The notes under the pieces were generated by a model. It had not been told where the DNA came from. It saw only the letters and a program-made list of their open reading frames with translations, and searched no databases. DNA of 64,000 bases from Deltaproteobacteria bacterium (lineage in GTDB: Bacteria > Desulfobacterota > Desulfomonilia > UBA1062): assembly GCA_017992605.1 (NCBI GenBank), contig JAGOOG010000013.1, positions 6,438 through 70,437 on the forward strand, in the 5' to 3' direction. A program made the position numbers and the translations under genes. Each line of letters opens with the position of its first letter. Positions within the stretch are counted from its first letter, which is position 1. Of the stretch, positions 45,965 to 57,510 are shown one piece after another.

Positions 45965-47158
45965 TCAGTTGTTCTGCGCCACACTGGCGGACCGGCTGGA
46001 GAAATAGTGCCTGATGATGAGACGGGACAGGGTGTCCGCCTGGATCCAGTATCGGGCGTCGAGAACCAGCAGGCAGCCGATGGCGATGGCATCGCCGGCA
46101 TCGTTGCGGGCAAAGCCGACGAACCAGTTCCGTCTCCCCATGGGCTCGTCCCCGTCGATGCTGCCGCTCTTGGCGCCGATGGTGATGTCCCTGAGCACGC
46201 GGTCCGACCTGCAGTTCCGGAACTCCTTGGAGACCGTGCCGCACCTGATCGTCCGCTCCATCATGGACGCCAGGTGGTGGGCCGTGTTCTCGCTCATGAC
46301 ACTGACCTTCTCCACATGCCCGCCACGGATGATGCGGGGGGTGACCATCTGACCGTTGTTCACGGCGGCCGATACCATCTGGGCGGCATGGACAGGGGTG
46401 ATCTTCGTCTGTCTGTTGAACCCGCTGGTGAGCTCGGCGAGATTGTAATCGTTCTCCGGGAAGAACATGGTGCTCGGCGAGCATTCTATCTCACGAAGGG
46501 GCGACTGCCAGAACCCCATCTTCATGGCGGTCAGGAGGATGGGCGTCTCCCCGAGGTAGATGGTTCCGATCTTGGCAAAGACCACGTTGTTCGAGTGGGC
46601 AAAGGCATCGGCAAGCGTGACATCGGCCGTCCACCGGTCGTTCCGGTTGACGAGCTGGTGCCGGTAGAGCGTATGGGCACTGCCTGTGTAGGTGAAGACG
46701 CTGTTGCCGGTATACCCGCCCTGCTCCATGGCGGCCACGGCCGTCACTATCTTGAAGACGCTGGCCGCATGGTTGGCTTCGAGGCACAGGGTGCAGTCCT
46801 CGCCCTGCGTCCCCCTGCCGTACATGGCCAGGATGTCTCCCGTACGGGCATCCATGACTACTATGGTGCCGTAGTACATCTTGTACCTCTCGGCGGTGCC
46901 GGCTATGAACTGCTGCATATCCGGCCGGATGGTGAGGTTGCACCGTTCAATGGTCTCCCGGTCTATGCGGCCGAGATCGCCCCTGCTCAGGGTGGACTGC
47001 GCTGCCGGGATCACCTCGGAGCCACCCTTCCCGTCAGGCAGGGAAATGAAGGATATGCCTATCAGGAGCAGCGGCAGCAGAAGATAGCGGAGACGGAAGC
47101 GTCTCGGTCTCCTCCTCTTCGGCGAGGCGTGTTCATCTATGGGAAACTGTCTAATCAT
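45965..47158 (-). CDS. Penicillin-binding protein, transpeptidase domain only (class B-like, 397 aa)
   Basis: N-terminal TM helix. SxxK (ASVFK), SxN (HSNN) and K(S/T)G (KSGS) active-site triad. Confidence 0.8.
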   Translation of the reverse strand: MIRQFPIDEHASPKRRRPRRFRLRYLLLPLLLIGISFISLPDGKGGSEVIPAAQSTLSRGDLGRIDRETIERCNLTIRPDMQQFIAGTAERYKMYYGTIVVMDARTGDILAMYGRGTQGEDCTLCLEANHAASVFKIVTAVAAMEQGGYTGNSVFTYTGSAHTLYRHQLVNRNDRWTADVTLADAFAHSNNVVFAKIGTIYLGETPILLTAMKMGFWQSPLREIECSPSTMFFPENDYNLAELTSGFNRQTKITPVHAAQMVSAAVNNGQMVTPRIIRGGHVEKVSVMSENTAHHLASMMERTIRCGTVSKEFRNCRSDRVLRDITIGAKSGSIDGDEPMGRRNWFVGFARNDAGDAIAIGCLLVLDARYWIQADTLSRLIIRHYFSSRSASVAQNN

Positions 47159-47480
47159 TCTTAAATCTTATCACGGCATATTGCACACAGAGGCGACACA
47201 TGTCAATATTCCGACCAGCTTTCATATCAATAGCAATCGGCAGAAATCCTCGTTTCCTCCAAAAGACGCCCGAGGTTCTCATGACAATCCATCATTCCCG
47301 GCATTTTCTGCCCATAGGTCGGGATATGGCCAGGTCCCTGAACACTCTCCCTTGATAATACCATTTCCTTCTGGTAGTGTTTCGGGCTCATTGGTATATA
47401 ATCATTCCTGAAAATGAACAGGTATGGCACACGGGGCAGGTATTCCGGCCGAACGGTCATGAACGACCCGTAACCGGGGC

Positions 47481-48563
47481 ATGAACATGAAAAAACGGAT
47501 TGAAGACATCAGGGCAGCCATCGATGCCGTCGACGACGAGATCATGAAGCTCCTCCTGAAGCGCTCGCACCTGTCCGTCGAAATGGGCAGGGCCAAGAGT
47601 GACGCTCAGCTGCTGGTCTTTGACCCGTCCCGCGAGGAGGAGATCATCTCCAGGCTCAGTGCCATGAGGCAGCCGCCGCTGACGAATTCCATGGTGGAGG
47701 GCATCTTCCGCGAGATCTTCAGCGCCTCCCGCTCGCTCCAGCAGCGAAGGAAGATCGCGTATCTGGGGCCCGAAGGCAGCTTCTCCCATCAGGGGGCCTT
47801 CTCGGCCTTCTCGCTGGACGGCGACCTCGCGCCCTACAAGGACATCGAATCGGTCGTCCAGGCGGTGGCCTCCTCGAGGGTCGACCTGGGGGTGGTCCCG
47901 GTGGAGAACTCCACGGAGGGCATGATCAACCAGACCCTGGACATGATGGCCATAACGAGACTGAACGTCATCCAGGAATTCATGCTGCCCATCAGGAACT
48001 GCCTGCTGGGGACCATACCCAAGGATAAAATCAGGAAAGTCTTTTCCCACCCCCAGGCCATTGCCCAGTGCCGGGGATGGCTCAGCTCGAACCTGCCGGC
48101 AGCCGAGATCATCGAGACCGCCAGCACCTCGGACGCGGCCATGGCGGCGCGTTCTGTCGAGGGCTCGGCGGCGGTGGCGTCCTCCATGGCGGCCGAGATC
48201 TACGGGCTCTCCATCCTTGCGGACAACATCAACGACCTGCGGGAGAACATAACGAGGTTCTGGGTCATATCGCGCAGTGCGCTGCCGGTGGCCGGCAATG
48301 CCAAGTCCTCCGTCATCGTCACCCTTGACAACAGGCCCGGATCCCTCTACAGCGCACTGGGCGCATTTGCGCGCAAGGGGATAAACCTCACCAAGATCGA
48401 GTCACGGCCATCCAGGAAGAACCCCTGGGAATATATCTTCTTCATCGACTTCCAGGGCAACCTTGCCGATGGTCACGTGCAGGAAGCCCTCGAGGAGATA
48501 AGGGCCCATACCAGGGACATGGTCATCCTGGGGTCCTACCCCGAAGGGAGAAGCCTGCCATGA
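47481..48563 (+). CDS. pheA: Bifunctional chorismate mutase / prephenate dehydratase
   Basis: N-terminal CM domain, PDT domain and C-terminal ACT (...VTLDNRPGSLYSALGAFARKGINLTKIESRP...). Confidence 0.95.
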   Translation: MNMKKRIEDIRAAIDAVDDEIMKLLLKRSHLSVEMGRAKSDAQLLVFDPSREEEIISRLSAMRQPPLTNSMVEGIFREIFSASRSLQQRRKIAYLGPEGSFSHQGAFSAFSLDGDLAPYKDIESVVQAVASSRVDLGVVPVENSTEGMINQTLDMMAITRLNVIQEFMLPIRNCLLGTIPKDKIRKVFSHPQAIAQCRGWLSSNLPAAEIIETASTSDAAMAARSVEGSAAVASSMAAEIYGLSILADNINDLRENITRFWVISRSALPVAGNAKSSVIVTLDNRPGSLYSALGAFARKGINLTKIESRPSRKNPWEYIFFIDFQGNLADGHVQEALEEIRAHTRDMVILGSYPEGRSLP

Positions 48564-49648
48564 AGGTCCCCGAGCCGGCACCCTGGGTCAGCACCATACC
48601 GGAGTACGTACCCGGCAGGTCCAAGACGGAGATCGCCCGGGAGTACGGGGTGGCGAGCCCCATCAAGCTCGCGTCCAACGAAAATCCCCTGGGCCCTTCA
48701 CCGAAAGCCCTGGCGGCCATGCATTCCGCCTGCGGGGATGCGCACCTCTATCCGGACCCCGATTCTTTGGCCCTGCGCGTCGCAGCTGCTCGGTTCTTCG
48801 GCAGCACCCCGGACCGGATCGTGGCAGGCAACGGGTCGGACGAGATCATCGACCTCGTCTGCAGGGCCTATCTGAGGCCGGGCGACGAGGTGGTCATACC
48901 TGCGTGCACGTTCAGCTACTACGGCATTGCGGCACGGGCATGCGGCGCCGTGGTCACCCATGCCCCCATGCGGGAACTCCGGATCGACGTCACAGGCATC
49001 GTGGAATCCTTGGGCGGCGAAACCCGGATCGTCTTCGTGGCCAATCCCAACAACCCCACCGGGACATGCCTCGTCAGGGACGAGGTGCTCGAACTGATGA
49101 ACCGCGTACCACGAGATGTCCTGGTCGTCATGGACGAGGCCTACGGGGCCTTTACCCGCACCCCTGAGTTCACGAGCTGCGTGGGGCTGGTCGGGGAAAA
49201 TCCGAACCTCGTCACCGTCCATACGCTTTCCAAATCCCACGGACTCGCAGGCATGCGCGTGGGGTTCGGGATCGCCCCCAGGCCCGTGCTGGAGAACATG
49301 CTGCGCATCAAGCCGCCCTTCAACGTGAACCACCTCGCCCAGAAGGCGGGCGAGGCAGCCCTTGACGACAAGGACTTCCTGAGACGGACCTTGAAGATCA
49401 CCTGGGACGGGCTGGACATGCTCTATGCCTCCTTCGACCGGTTGGGGCTCCCGTATGTACCGTCCCAGACGAACTTCGTGACGGTCCACATCGGAGAGCA
49501 CGCCCTGAGGGTCTACGAGACGCTCCTGAGAAAGGGCATCATCACGAGGTCCATGGCGAGCTTCGGCCTCGAGGAGTATATCCGGGTAAGCGTAGGCACC
49601 CCCGGGGAGAACGACGCCTTCGTCGCCGCCCTGGAAGAGGCCCTATGA
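48560..49648 (+). CDS. hisC: Histidinol-phosphate / aromatic aminotransferase (class II)
   Basis: ...TLSKSHGLAGMRVGFGIA... PLP-lysine region. ATGA overlap with pheA. Confidence 0.88.
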   Translation: MKVPEPAPWVSTIPEYVPGRSKTEIAREYGVASPIKLASNENPLGPSPKALAAMHSACGDAHLYPDPDSLALRVAAARFFGSTPDRIVAGNGSDEIIDLVCRAYLRPGDEVVIPACTFSYYGIAARACGAVVTHAPMRELRIDVTGIVESLGGETRIVFVANPNNPTGTCLVRDEVLELMNRVPRDVLVVMDEAYGAFTRTPEFTSCVGLVGENPNLVTVHTLSKSHGLAGMRVGFGIAPRPVLENMLRIKPPFNVNHLAQKAGEAALDDKDFLRRTLKITWDGLDMLYASFDRLGLPYVPSQTNFVTVHIGEHALRVYETLLRKGIITRSMASFGLEEYIRVSVGTPGENDAFVAALEEAL

Positions 49649-50472
49649 AGATCACCATCGTCGGTCTCGGACTCATCGGCGCATCCATGGCAAAGGCCCT
49701 CGGCCGGGTGGCGCTCGTCGCCGGGGTTGATACACGCGGCCGTACCGTCCGCCAGGCCATGGACGAGGGCGTCATAGCCGAGGGTTCGGTTGACACGGCC
49801 GTCGCGTCGGGAAGCGACGTCGTGGTCCTGGCAGTCCCCGTGGGCAGCGTCGTCGAGACCGCATGGAGGGTGATCCGCCACATCGGGGACGACACGGTCC
49901 TTACCGATACGGGGTCCACCAAGGCCCACATCGTGGAAAGCATCGAAAGGGTCTTCCCGTCCTTCGTGGGGTCACACCCCATCGCGGGCAGGGAGGACCC
50001 GGGCTATGCAAGCAGCCGGGCCGACCTGTTCGACGGGGCCGCGACCATTATCACGCCGACCGAAAAGACACGTCCGGGTTGCATCGACAGGGTGCGGACG
50101 CTCTGGGAGACCTGCGGTTCGACCACCCATACCATGGATCCCGCCGGGCACGACCGGCTCATGGCCATGGTCAGCCACCTGCCCCACCTGTTGAGTTACG
50201 TATCCATGAGGCTGGCGGACGACCTTCACCTCCACCGCCAGTTCCTGGGGGCCGGTTTCCGCGATTTCACCCGTATCGCGGCCTCGGACCCGATCATGTG
50301 GCGGGACATCTTCCTCGACAACAAGGACAACATCCTGCCCCTGATCGACGCCTACATGGAAGAGCTCGATCGCCTGCGCACGCTCATCGATGAGGACAGG
50401 GCCCCGGAGCTGCAGGACACGCTGTCATCCTATGCACGGATCAGGAGAGCCCTCTATGGCCATACACGGTGA
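49645..50472 (+). CDS. tyrA: Prephenate dehydrogenase
   Basis: MKITIVGLGLIGASMAKAL Rossmann N-terminus. ...GSHPIAGRE... catalytic region. Confidence 0.9.
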   Translation: MKITIVGLGLIGASMAKALGRVALVAGVDTRGRTVRQAMDEGVIAEGSVDTAVASGSDVVVLAVPVGSVVETAWRVIRHIGDDTVLTDTGSTKAHIVESIERVFPSFVGSHPIAGREDPGYASSRADLFDGAATIITPTEKTRPGCIDRVRTLWETCGSTTHTMDPAGHDRLMAMVSHLPHLLSYVSMRLADDLHLHRQFLGAGFRDFTRIAASDPIMWRDIFLDNKDNILPLIDAYMEELDRLRTLIDEDRAPELQDTLSSYARIRRALYGHTR

Positions 50473-51700
50473 GATCACGCCACCCCCGGACAAGTCCATC
50501 TCGCACCGCTCGTTCATCCTCGGGGCGCTGGCACAGGGGACGACCACGGTCAGAAACGCCCTCGAGTCGGAGGACATCGGGAGCACCCGCCGGGCCCTGT
50601 CTGCCCTGGGGATAGACATACGCAAAGACGGCGCGATCTACCTCGTCGTGGGTGCCAGGATGAAGGAGCCTCTCCAGGTCATCGATGCCGGCAATTCAGG
50701 CACCACGGCACGGCTCATGTCCGGCGTCTTCGCCGGCATAGACGGCATCGTCACCATGACCGGGGACAGCTCGCTGGTCCAAAGGCCCATGGCCCGGGTC
50801 ATCAAACCCCTCGAGCTCATGGGCGCCAGATTCCTGGCCCGCGGGGGGGCCTATCTTCCCATGGCGGTCAGAGGCGGAAAACTGCGCGGGATCTTTCACC
50901 CCATGGAGGTGGCCTCGGCCCAGGTGAAGTCGGCCCTCCTGCTGGCCGGCCTGGCCGCCGAGGGAACCACGACGGTGAACGAACCCTCTCAGAGCAGGGA
51001 CCACACCGAGCGCATGCTGAGGTTCTTCGGGGCAAACCTGAGCGTGAACGCCAAGTCGGTAGGCATACCTGGGGGGCAGAGGCTCCAGGCCAGGGATGTC
51101 GTCGTGCCCGGCGATCCTTCCTCGGCGGCATTCCCGGTGATATGGGCCGCCGCAACAGCCGGCTCCGAGATCGTTGTCCGTGATGTCTGTCTGAACCCCA
51201 CGCGCACAGGGTTCCTGGCTGTCCTCGAACGCATGGGGGCACACATAGCAGTGGACGGTATCAGGGAAAACGCAGGCGAGCCGGTAGGCGACCTCGTCGT
51301 CAGGGGAACCGAACTCTCCGGGACCACCATCGCCGGTGACGAGATCCCCACGCTCATCGATGAGATCCCGATCCTGGTGGTCGCGGCAGCCCTGGCTTCC
51401 GGCACCACGGTGATCACGGACGCGAGCGAGCTCAGGGTGAAGGAGACCGACCGCATCGCAGCGATGGCCCAGGGACTCGGATGTCTCGGGGCTGAAGTGG
51501 AGGAGCTCGAGGACGGGCTTATCGTGAAAGGACCCGCCCGGCTCACGGCTGGAATGATCAGGACACACTCCGACCACCGGGTTGCCATGTCCTTCGCCAT
51601 TTTGGCGCGGGCATGCGGCATCGACGTGAAACTCGACGACACCCGGTGTGTGGGGGTGTCCTACCCCGGGTTCTTTTCGGACATGGACACGTTCCGGTGA
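50456..51700 (+). CDS. aroA: 3-phosphoshikimate 1-carboxyvinyltransferase (EPSP synthase)
   Basis: ...PPDKSISHRS... and ...LDAGNSGTTARLM... The real start MAIHGEI overlaps the tyrA 3' end; the track ORF has a spurious 22-codon extension. Confidence 0.95.
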   Translation: MAIHGEITPPPDKSISHRSFILGALAQGTTTVRNALESEDIGSTRRALSALGIDIRKDGAIYLVVGARMKEPLQVIDAGNSGTTARLMSGVFAGIDGIVTMTGDSSLVQRPMARVIKPLELMGARFLARGGAYLPMAVRGGKLRGIFHPMEVASAQVKSALLLAGLAAEGTTTVNEPSQSRDHTERMLRFFGANLSVNAKSVGIPGGQRLQARDVVVPGDPSSAAFPVIWAAATAGSEIVVRDVCLNPTRTGFLAVLERMGAHIAVDGIRENAGEPVGDLVVRGTELSGTTIAGDEIPTLIDEIPILVVAAALASGTTVITDASELRVKETDRIAAMAQGLGCLGAEVEELEDGLIVKGPARLTAGMIRTHSDHRVAMSFAILARACGIDVKLDDTRCVGVSYPGFFSDMDTFR

Positions 51701-52359
51701 AGCATGCCATCATAACCATCGACGGCCCTGCGGGGAGCGGAAAATCGACGGTGGCCCGGGAAGTCGCATCCAGGCTCGGGTTCACCTTCCTCGACACCGG
51801 TGCCCTGTACAGGGCTGCGGCCATAGCCGTCCACGAGGCAGGGGTCGACGTCCGGGATGACCCCGCCTGCGGTGCAGCCGTCCATCAGGCACGGATCGAC
51901 CTTTCAGGCGGGAGGGTCAGCCTGAACGACCGAGACGTGACCGAAGAGATCAGGTCTCCTCGGATCAGCGACCTGGCCTCGACCATAGCCGTGCACCCCT
52001 CGGTCCGCAGGGAACTCCTGGGCATCCAGCGTTCGTTCTCTCAGCGGGCACCAGTGGTCGTGGAGGGCAGGGATACCGGGTCCGTGGTCTTTCCCCATGC
52101 GGATCTGAAGATCTATCTCGATGCGGCCCCCGCCGAGAGGGCCAGACGGAGACATGCGGAGCTCGCCACGAAGGGCGCTGACACCGCGGTGGGCGTGGTA
52201 CTGACCGAGCTGGTAACCCGTGATCGGCGTGACGGTTCCCGGAGTGTTTCACCGCTTGTCATACCGGAGCACGCCGTTGTGGTCGATACGACACACCTTT
52301 CCTTCGGGGAAGTGGTGGAAAAGGTCCTCTTTCTTGCCAGGGAACGGTTAACCGATTAG
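51697..52359 (+). CDS. cmk: Cytidylate kinase
   Basis: ITIDGPAGSGKSTVAREVA P-loop. GTG start overlaps the aroA stop (GTGA). Confidence 0.88.
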   Translation: MKHAIITIDGPAGSGKSTVAREVASRLGFTFLDTGALYRAAAIAVHEAGVDVRDDPACGAAVHQARIDLSGGRVSLNDRDVTEEIRSPRISDLASTIAVHPSVRRELLGIQRSFSQRAPVVVEGRDTGSVVFPHADLKIYLDAAPAERARRRHAELATKGADTAVGVVLTELVTRDRRDGSRSVSPLVIPEHAVVVDTTHLSFGEVVEKVLFLARERLTD

Positions 52360-52578
52360 GAGACGGTCCTTGCGGCCGGCGTCCTCCAGGGTGGCGTCTC
52401 TGCGCATTTCCTGGGCCATGTGGTCGATGATCTCTTTGGAGAAGTTTATGATGTCCTTGTTGGTGAACCCGTTGCGGATGAGCTCCTTGTAGAGGCTCTT
52501 CGCAAGGATCTTGGTGGCTCTCGTGGTGTCCATGTTCTTCAGTATGATATCAAGATTTCCTGTTCTGCTCATGTCCAT
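52348..52578 (-). CDS. Hypothetical small protein (76 aa) in an AT-rich segment
   Basis: MDMSRTGNLDIILKNMDTTRATKILAKSLYKELIRNGFTNKDIINFSKEIIDHMAQEMRRD... Convergent with cmk, overlapping by 12 nt. Local AT-richness departs from the window average. Confidence 0.35.
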   Translation of the reverse strand: MDMSRTGNLDIILKNMDTTRATKILAKSLYKELIRNGFTNKDIINFSKEIIDHMAQEMRRDATLEDAGRKDRLLIG

Positions 52579-52793
52579 TCCTCGTTTTACTCTGGCGCAT
52601 TAATATGCATCTAGCATGCCAGAAATAGACCTGTTGAAAATATATGAATAAACAGGTAGTTGAGCATTCCGGGCCGGGGTCTCACCATGGATATCTGTGG
52701 TCAATCTGCAATAGCTGAATCATTATTCATCTCGTGCGCATCGGCGCCGGCGCCCTGCACACACCGGAGCGCACCACTGATGAAAAAAGCACA

Positions 52794-54113
52794 CTATAAT
52801 AACGGCAGACGCTGGGCATGGTGATCGTGGTGCACGACACGGGGACCGCCGGATTCCTGAGGATGTTGTGCGGACGGCTTTCTCCGGGGTCGCCGGCGGC
52901 GCTTCCTCTTCCGTGCGCCCCCCCTTTCCTGCGCGTCGGGGTACCGGGCCTGGAAGGCGTTCCGGAATGCATCCTCCCCGGGGGCCAGGCTCCCACAGGT
53001 AACGAGCGAGAAAAGGGTCGAGGCATCCCTGTAGCTTGCCCTCTTGAGCAGCGACCACCTCATCCGCCCCGTATCGAGCGCTGACATCATGTGCTCGAGG
53101 ATCTCGAGTGCATGGACTGCATTGGCCCGGATCCCCTTGGGGATGACCATGCTCATGCCGGAGGCGGCGAGTTCGTCGGTGAGCATCCTCGTCGTGTCCG
53201 ACCCAGGCCTGCCCTTCTCCCTCATCACCGACCGGGCCCAGGGCCACAGCATGAGGCTGTAGGAAACAGACAGCGAAGGCGGGGTGCCGCCAAGCACCAG
53301 GTTGTCGTGTGCCGCCATCAACCTGAAGAGCTCGTCTCTCGGCCCTTGCTGCTGCTCCAGGAGCCGCCCCACGCTGCCCAGGAGAATGGGAACCAGGGAG
53401 TATTCCATGAACAGGGCGAGGATGGCGGCAGCGAAACCGGAATGGAGGTCCTTGTTGAACTCCTCGTACATCCTGGAACCCGAGCAGCCCCCCAGCAGAT
53501 CACGGTTTGCACGGATAGCGTCCGCGGTACCCTGATCTATGAAAAACTGGTGGCGGGCCGCGTGTCTGAGCACCCTCCACATCCGTACAGGGTCCTCGAC
53601 ATAGCGCGTCGAAGGGTCGCCGATGATGCACACCCGCCGGTTCGCAATGTCATCGAGACCTCCCACGTAGTCGATGACGGAAAAGGTGCTTATGTCGTAG
53701 AACAACGCGTTGATGGTGATGTCCCTGCGGAAGGCATCCTCCGCAGGACTCCCGAAGGTGTTGTGAGGGTCTGCCTGCTGTTCTTCCGAGGGATCGGGCT
53801 CTTTCCTGAAAGTGGCGACCTCGATGATCTTGCCGCCCCTGAACCGTATGTGTGCGAGCCTGAACCGCCGGCCGATCAGAAAACAGTTGGCGAAAAGCTT
53901 CTTGACCTGACCGGGCCTGGCATCGGTGGCGACGTCGAAATCCTTGGGTCGCTTGCCCAGGAGGAGGTCTCTCACCGCCCCGCCCACCAGGTAGGCCTTG
54001 TGCCCCTTCCTGGCAAGCCTGTAGAGGACCTTCAGTGCGTCCGGGTCTATGTCCCTGCGCGAGATGGGGTGCTTTGATCTGGCGAGAACGACGGGTTCTC
54101 TAGTCTGGTTCAT
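52794..54113 (-). CDS. pcnB: Poly(A) polymerase I / tRNA nucleotidyltransferase family
   Basis: ...LVGGAVRDLLLGKRPKDFDVATDARP... Pol-beta-type NTase head. Arg-rich C-terminal tail. Confidence 0.85.
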   Translation of the reverse strand: MNQTREPVVLARSKHPISRRDIDPDALKVLYRLARKGHKAYLVGGAVRDLLLGKRPKDFDVATDARPGQVKKLFANCFLIGRRFRLAHIRFRGGKIIEVATFRKEPDPSEEQQADPHNTFGSPAEDAFRRDITINALFYDISTFSVIDYVGGLDDIANRRVCIIGDPSTRYVEDPVRMWRVLRHAARHQFFIDQGTADAIRANRDLLGGCSGSRMYEEFNKDLHSGFAAAILALFMEYSLVPILLGSVGRLLEQQQGPRDELFRLMAAHDNLVLGGTPPSLSVSYSLMLWPWARSVMREKGRPGSDTTRMLTDELAASGMSMVIPKGIRANAVHALEILEHMMSALDTGRMRWSLLKRASYRDASTLFSLVTCGSLAPGEDAFRNAFQARYPDAQERGGARKRKRRRRPRRKPSAQHPQESGGPRVVHHDHHAQRLPLL

Positions 54114-54348
54114 TGTCTGCCCTGTCTTCTTGGGTGCTGCCTTCTATGCGGTAACTCTCCGATGCCCAGTGGATGAGATCCAAGCCCTTGCATCCCCTCG
54201 AACAGAACGGTCTGTAGGGATTGCCCTCGTAGGCCGTCTCCTTTCCGCATGCGGGGCACGCAAGGACCCGCCTGCAGGCTCTCTCCCGGTTTTCCCTGTC
54301 CATAAAAAGTTCGTGCCTGGATCCTGTGTTTTCACTCTCATAGCTCAT
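54100..54348 (-). CDS. yacG: DNA gyrase inhibitor YacG (zinc-finger)
   Basis: CPACGKETAYEGNPYRPFCSRGCKGLDLIHWA is the YacG C4 zinc-ribbon. Overlaps the pcnB start by 14 nt. Start is ambiguous (MSYE at 54348 or MDRE at 54303). Confidence 0.7.
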   Translation of the reverse strand: MSYESENTGSRHELFMDRENRERACRRVLACPACGKETAYEGNPYRPFCSRGCKGLDLIHWASESYRIEGSTQEDRADNEPD

Positions 54349-54514
54349 TTCGCCCGAGATGTACACTCGGAGCTGTGTGGTGCGCCCGGCACCGTTCCAC
54401 CCACGCTTCACCCCACGGTGTGAATTATCGCCGACTTTATCGTTTAATAAATTTCTATTGACTTAAACGGGCAAAGAGTGATTTGCTAAAGGAAAGACAA
54501 CAGCAAGATATCCG

Positions 54515-55150
54515 ATGCAGAAGAAGATCAGAAGAAAACGCCAGATCCTCAGAAACAGAACCGTGATCCTGCGGTCCGCCAGGGACCTCTTCCACAAGAA
54601 GGGTTTCTACGGCACCACCATGGAGGATATCGCCCAGTACTCCGGCTTCGACCGGAGAACCATCTACAATCACTTCAAGAACAAGGAGGATGTCTTTGCC
54701 GCACTGATCTCCGGCATCCTCGCCGACATAGACGCCGTGTTCAACGACCTGGGCAACGAAAAGGGATCGTCCCTGGACAAGCTCAGGGAACTGGTGCTCA
54801 GGCTGCTGGACCTGTACCTGGACAACTCCCAGCTCCTGAACATCTTCATGTCCGAGTACGAAACCAACGAGATCAAGAAGAGGCGTCACCTTTCGGCGTA
54901 CACCCTCAAGAACATAAGCGCCTACAAGAAGATAGAATCACGACTGGTCGCCATGATCAAGGCCGCCCAGGACGACGGGCTCCTCGTGAACGTTCATCCC
55001 TACATCCTCGCAGGCATGCTCAACGAGCTCATCCTGCGGAGTGTCATAGTGCTCCATAACCAGAAGGGTGCTGTCCGCAAGAAGGACATCATCCACGACA
55101 TCTTCGAGCTCATCGGGAAAAACGTGGTCACGGTTCCACCCAGGGCATGA
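54515..55150 (+). CDS. TetR/AcrR family transcriptional regulator
   Basis: HTH ...KKGFYGTTMEDIAQYSGFDRRTIYNHFKNKEDVF... Confidence 0.8.
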   Translation: MQKKIRRKRQILRNRTVILRSARDLFHKKGFYGTTMEDIAQYSGFDRRTIYNHFKNKEDVFAALISGILADIDAVFNDLGNEKGSSLDKLRELVLRLLDLYLDNSQLLNIFMSEYETNEIKKRRHLSAYTLKNISAYKKIESRLVAMIKAAQDDGLLVNVHPYILAGMLNELILRSVIVLHNQKGAVRKKDIIHDIFELIGKNVVTVPPRA

Positions 55151-55197
55151 TGAGAGGGACGAGGCCGGCCCCGGCGGCGCTCATTCGGGCATGGAAG

Positions 55198-55229
55198 AGG
55201 GGCGGGGTCTTCCCCGCCCCTTTCCTTTC
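55198..55229 (+). terminator. Rho-independent terminator (after TetR gene; convergent with groEL)
   Basis: 10-bp stem AGGGGCGGGG/CCCCGCCCCT with a 4-nt loop, followed by TTCCTTTCG. Confidence 0.6.
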
Positions 55230-55260
55230 GTACTTCGGATCTCTTACGAAGGATCGGCAG

Positions 55261-56898
<1,638 letters not shown>

Positions 56899-56915
56899 GT
56901 CTTCTTCCTCCTTGC

Positions 56916-57203
56916 CTACTGGATGACCCCGAGGATGTCTTCCTCTCTCATGATGAGGAGCTCGACACCTTCGATCTTGATCTCATTGCCCGAATACTTC
57001 GAGAAGAGCACCTTGTCGCCCTTCTTCACATCGAGCGGGATGACCTTCCCATCCTCGGTCTTCCTGCCGCCGCCCGCGGCGATGACCTCGCCCATCTGGG
57101 GCTTTTCCTTGGCCGTGTCCGGGATGATGATGCCGCCCTTGGTCTTCTGTTCCTCTTCGATCCTCTTGACGAGAACCCTGTCGTGCAACGGTTTCACCTT
57201 CAT
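56916..57203 (-). CDS. groS: Co-chaperonin GroES
   Basis: 95 aa. [14 protein letters not shown]... Confidence 0.98.
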   Translation of the reverse strand: MKVKPLHDRVLVKRIEEEQKTKGGIIIPDTAKEKPQMGEVIAAGGGRKTEDGKVIPLDVKKGDKVLFSKYSGNEIKIEGVELLIMREEDILGVIQ

Positions 57204-57227
57204 ATTCTTCCTCCATTGATAGGATTG

Positions 57228-57254
57228 TTAGCACTCACTAAATTCGAGTGCTAA
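57228..57254 (-). promoter_or_regulatory. CIRCE operator (HrcA binding site) upstream of groES
   Basis: TTAGCACTC-N9-GAGTGCTAA is a perfect match to the CIRCE consensus, 25 nt upstream of the groES start. Confidence 0.85.
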
Positions 57255-57510
57255 TCACCTAACAAGAATCCCTCCACATACTCAAGGCCCGCTATTCTCC
57301 TCTACCGTGAGATTCCAGGATTGAAAAAGTATATCCTTGCGATAAAAATCGTCATTCTGAGTATATCGACGAATATCTTCTCGATGCTCTTCTTTTCTTT
57401 TACCTATACTTCAGCAGTGGATCTGTTCGCGAACACACCCCCCCGGCCTGCGCAGCTTTCGCCCCCACTGCCTGTTTGACAAAGTGCTGATCCCGTGCAA
57501 CAGGTACCCC

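Noticed and set aside
47139-47480. Possible sigma-54 site TGGCACACGGGGCAGG and TATAAT box in the pheA/PBP divergent region
   Set aside because: The sigma-54 GC element is off by one position. The TATAAT (near 47399) is plausible as a sigma-70 -10, but no -35 could be assigned, so it is not listed as a feature.
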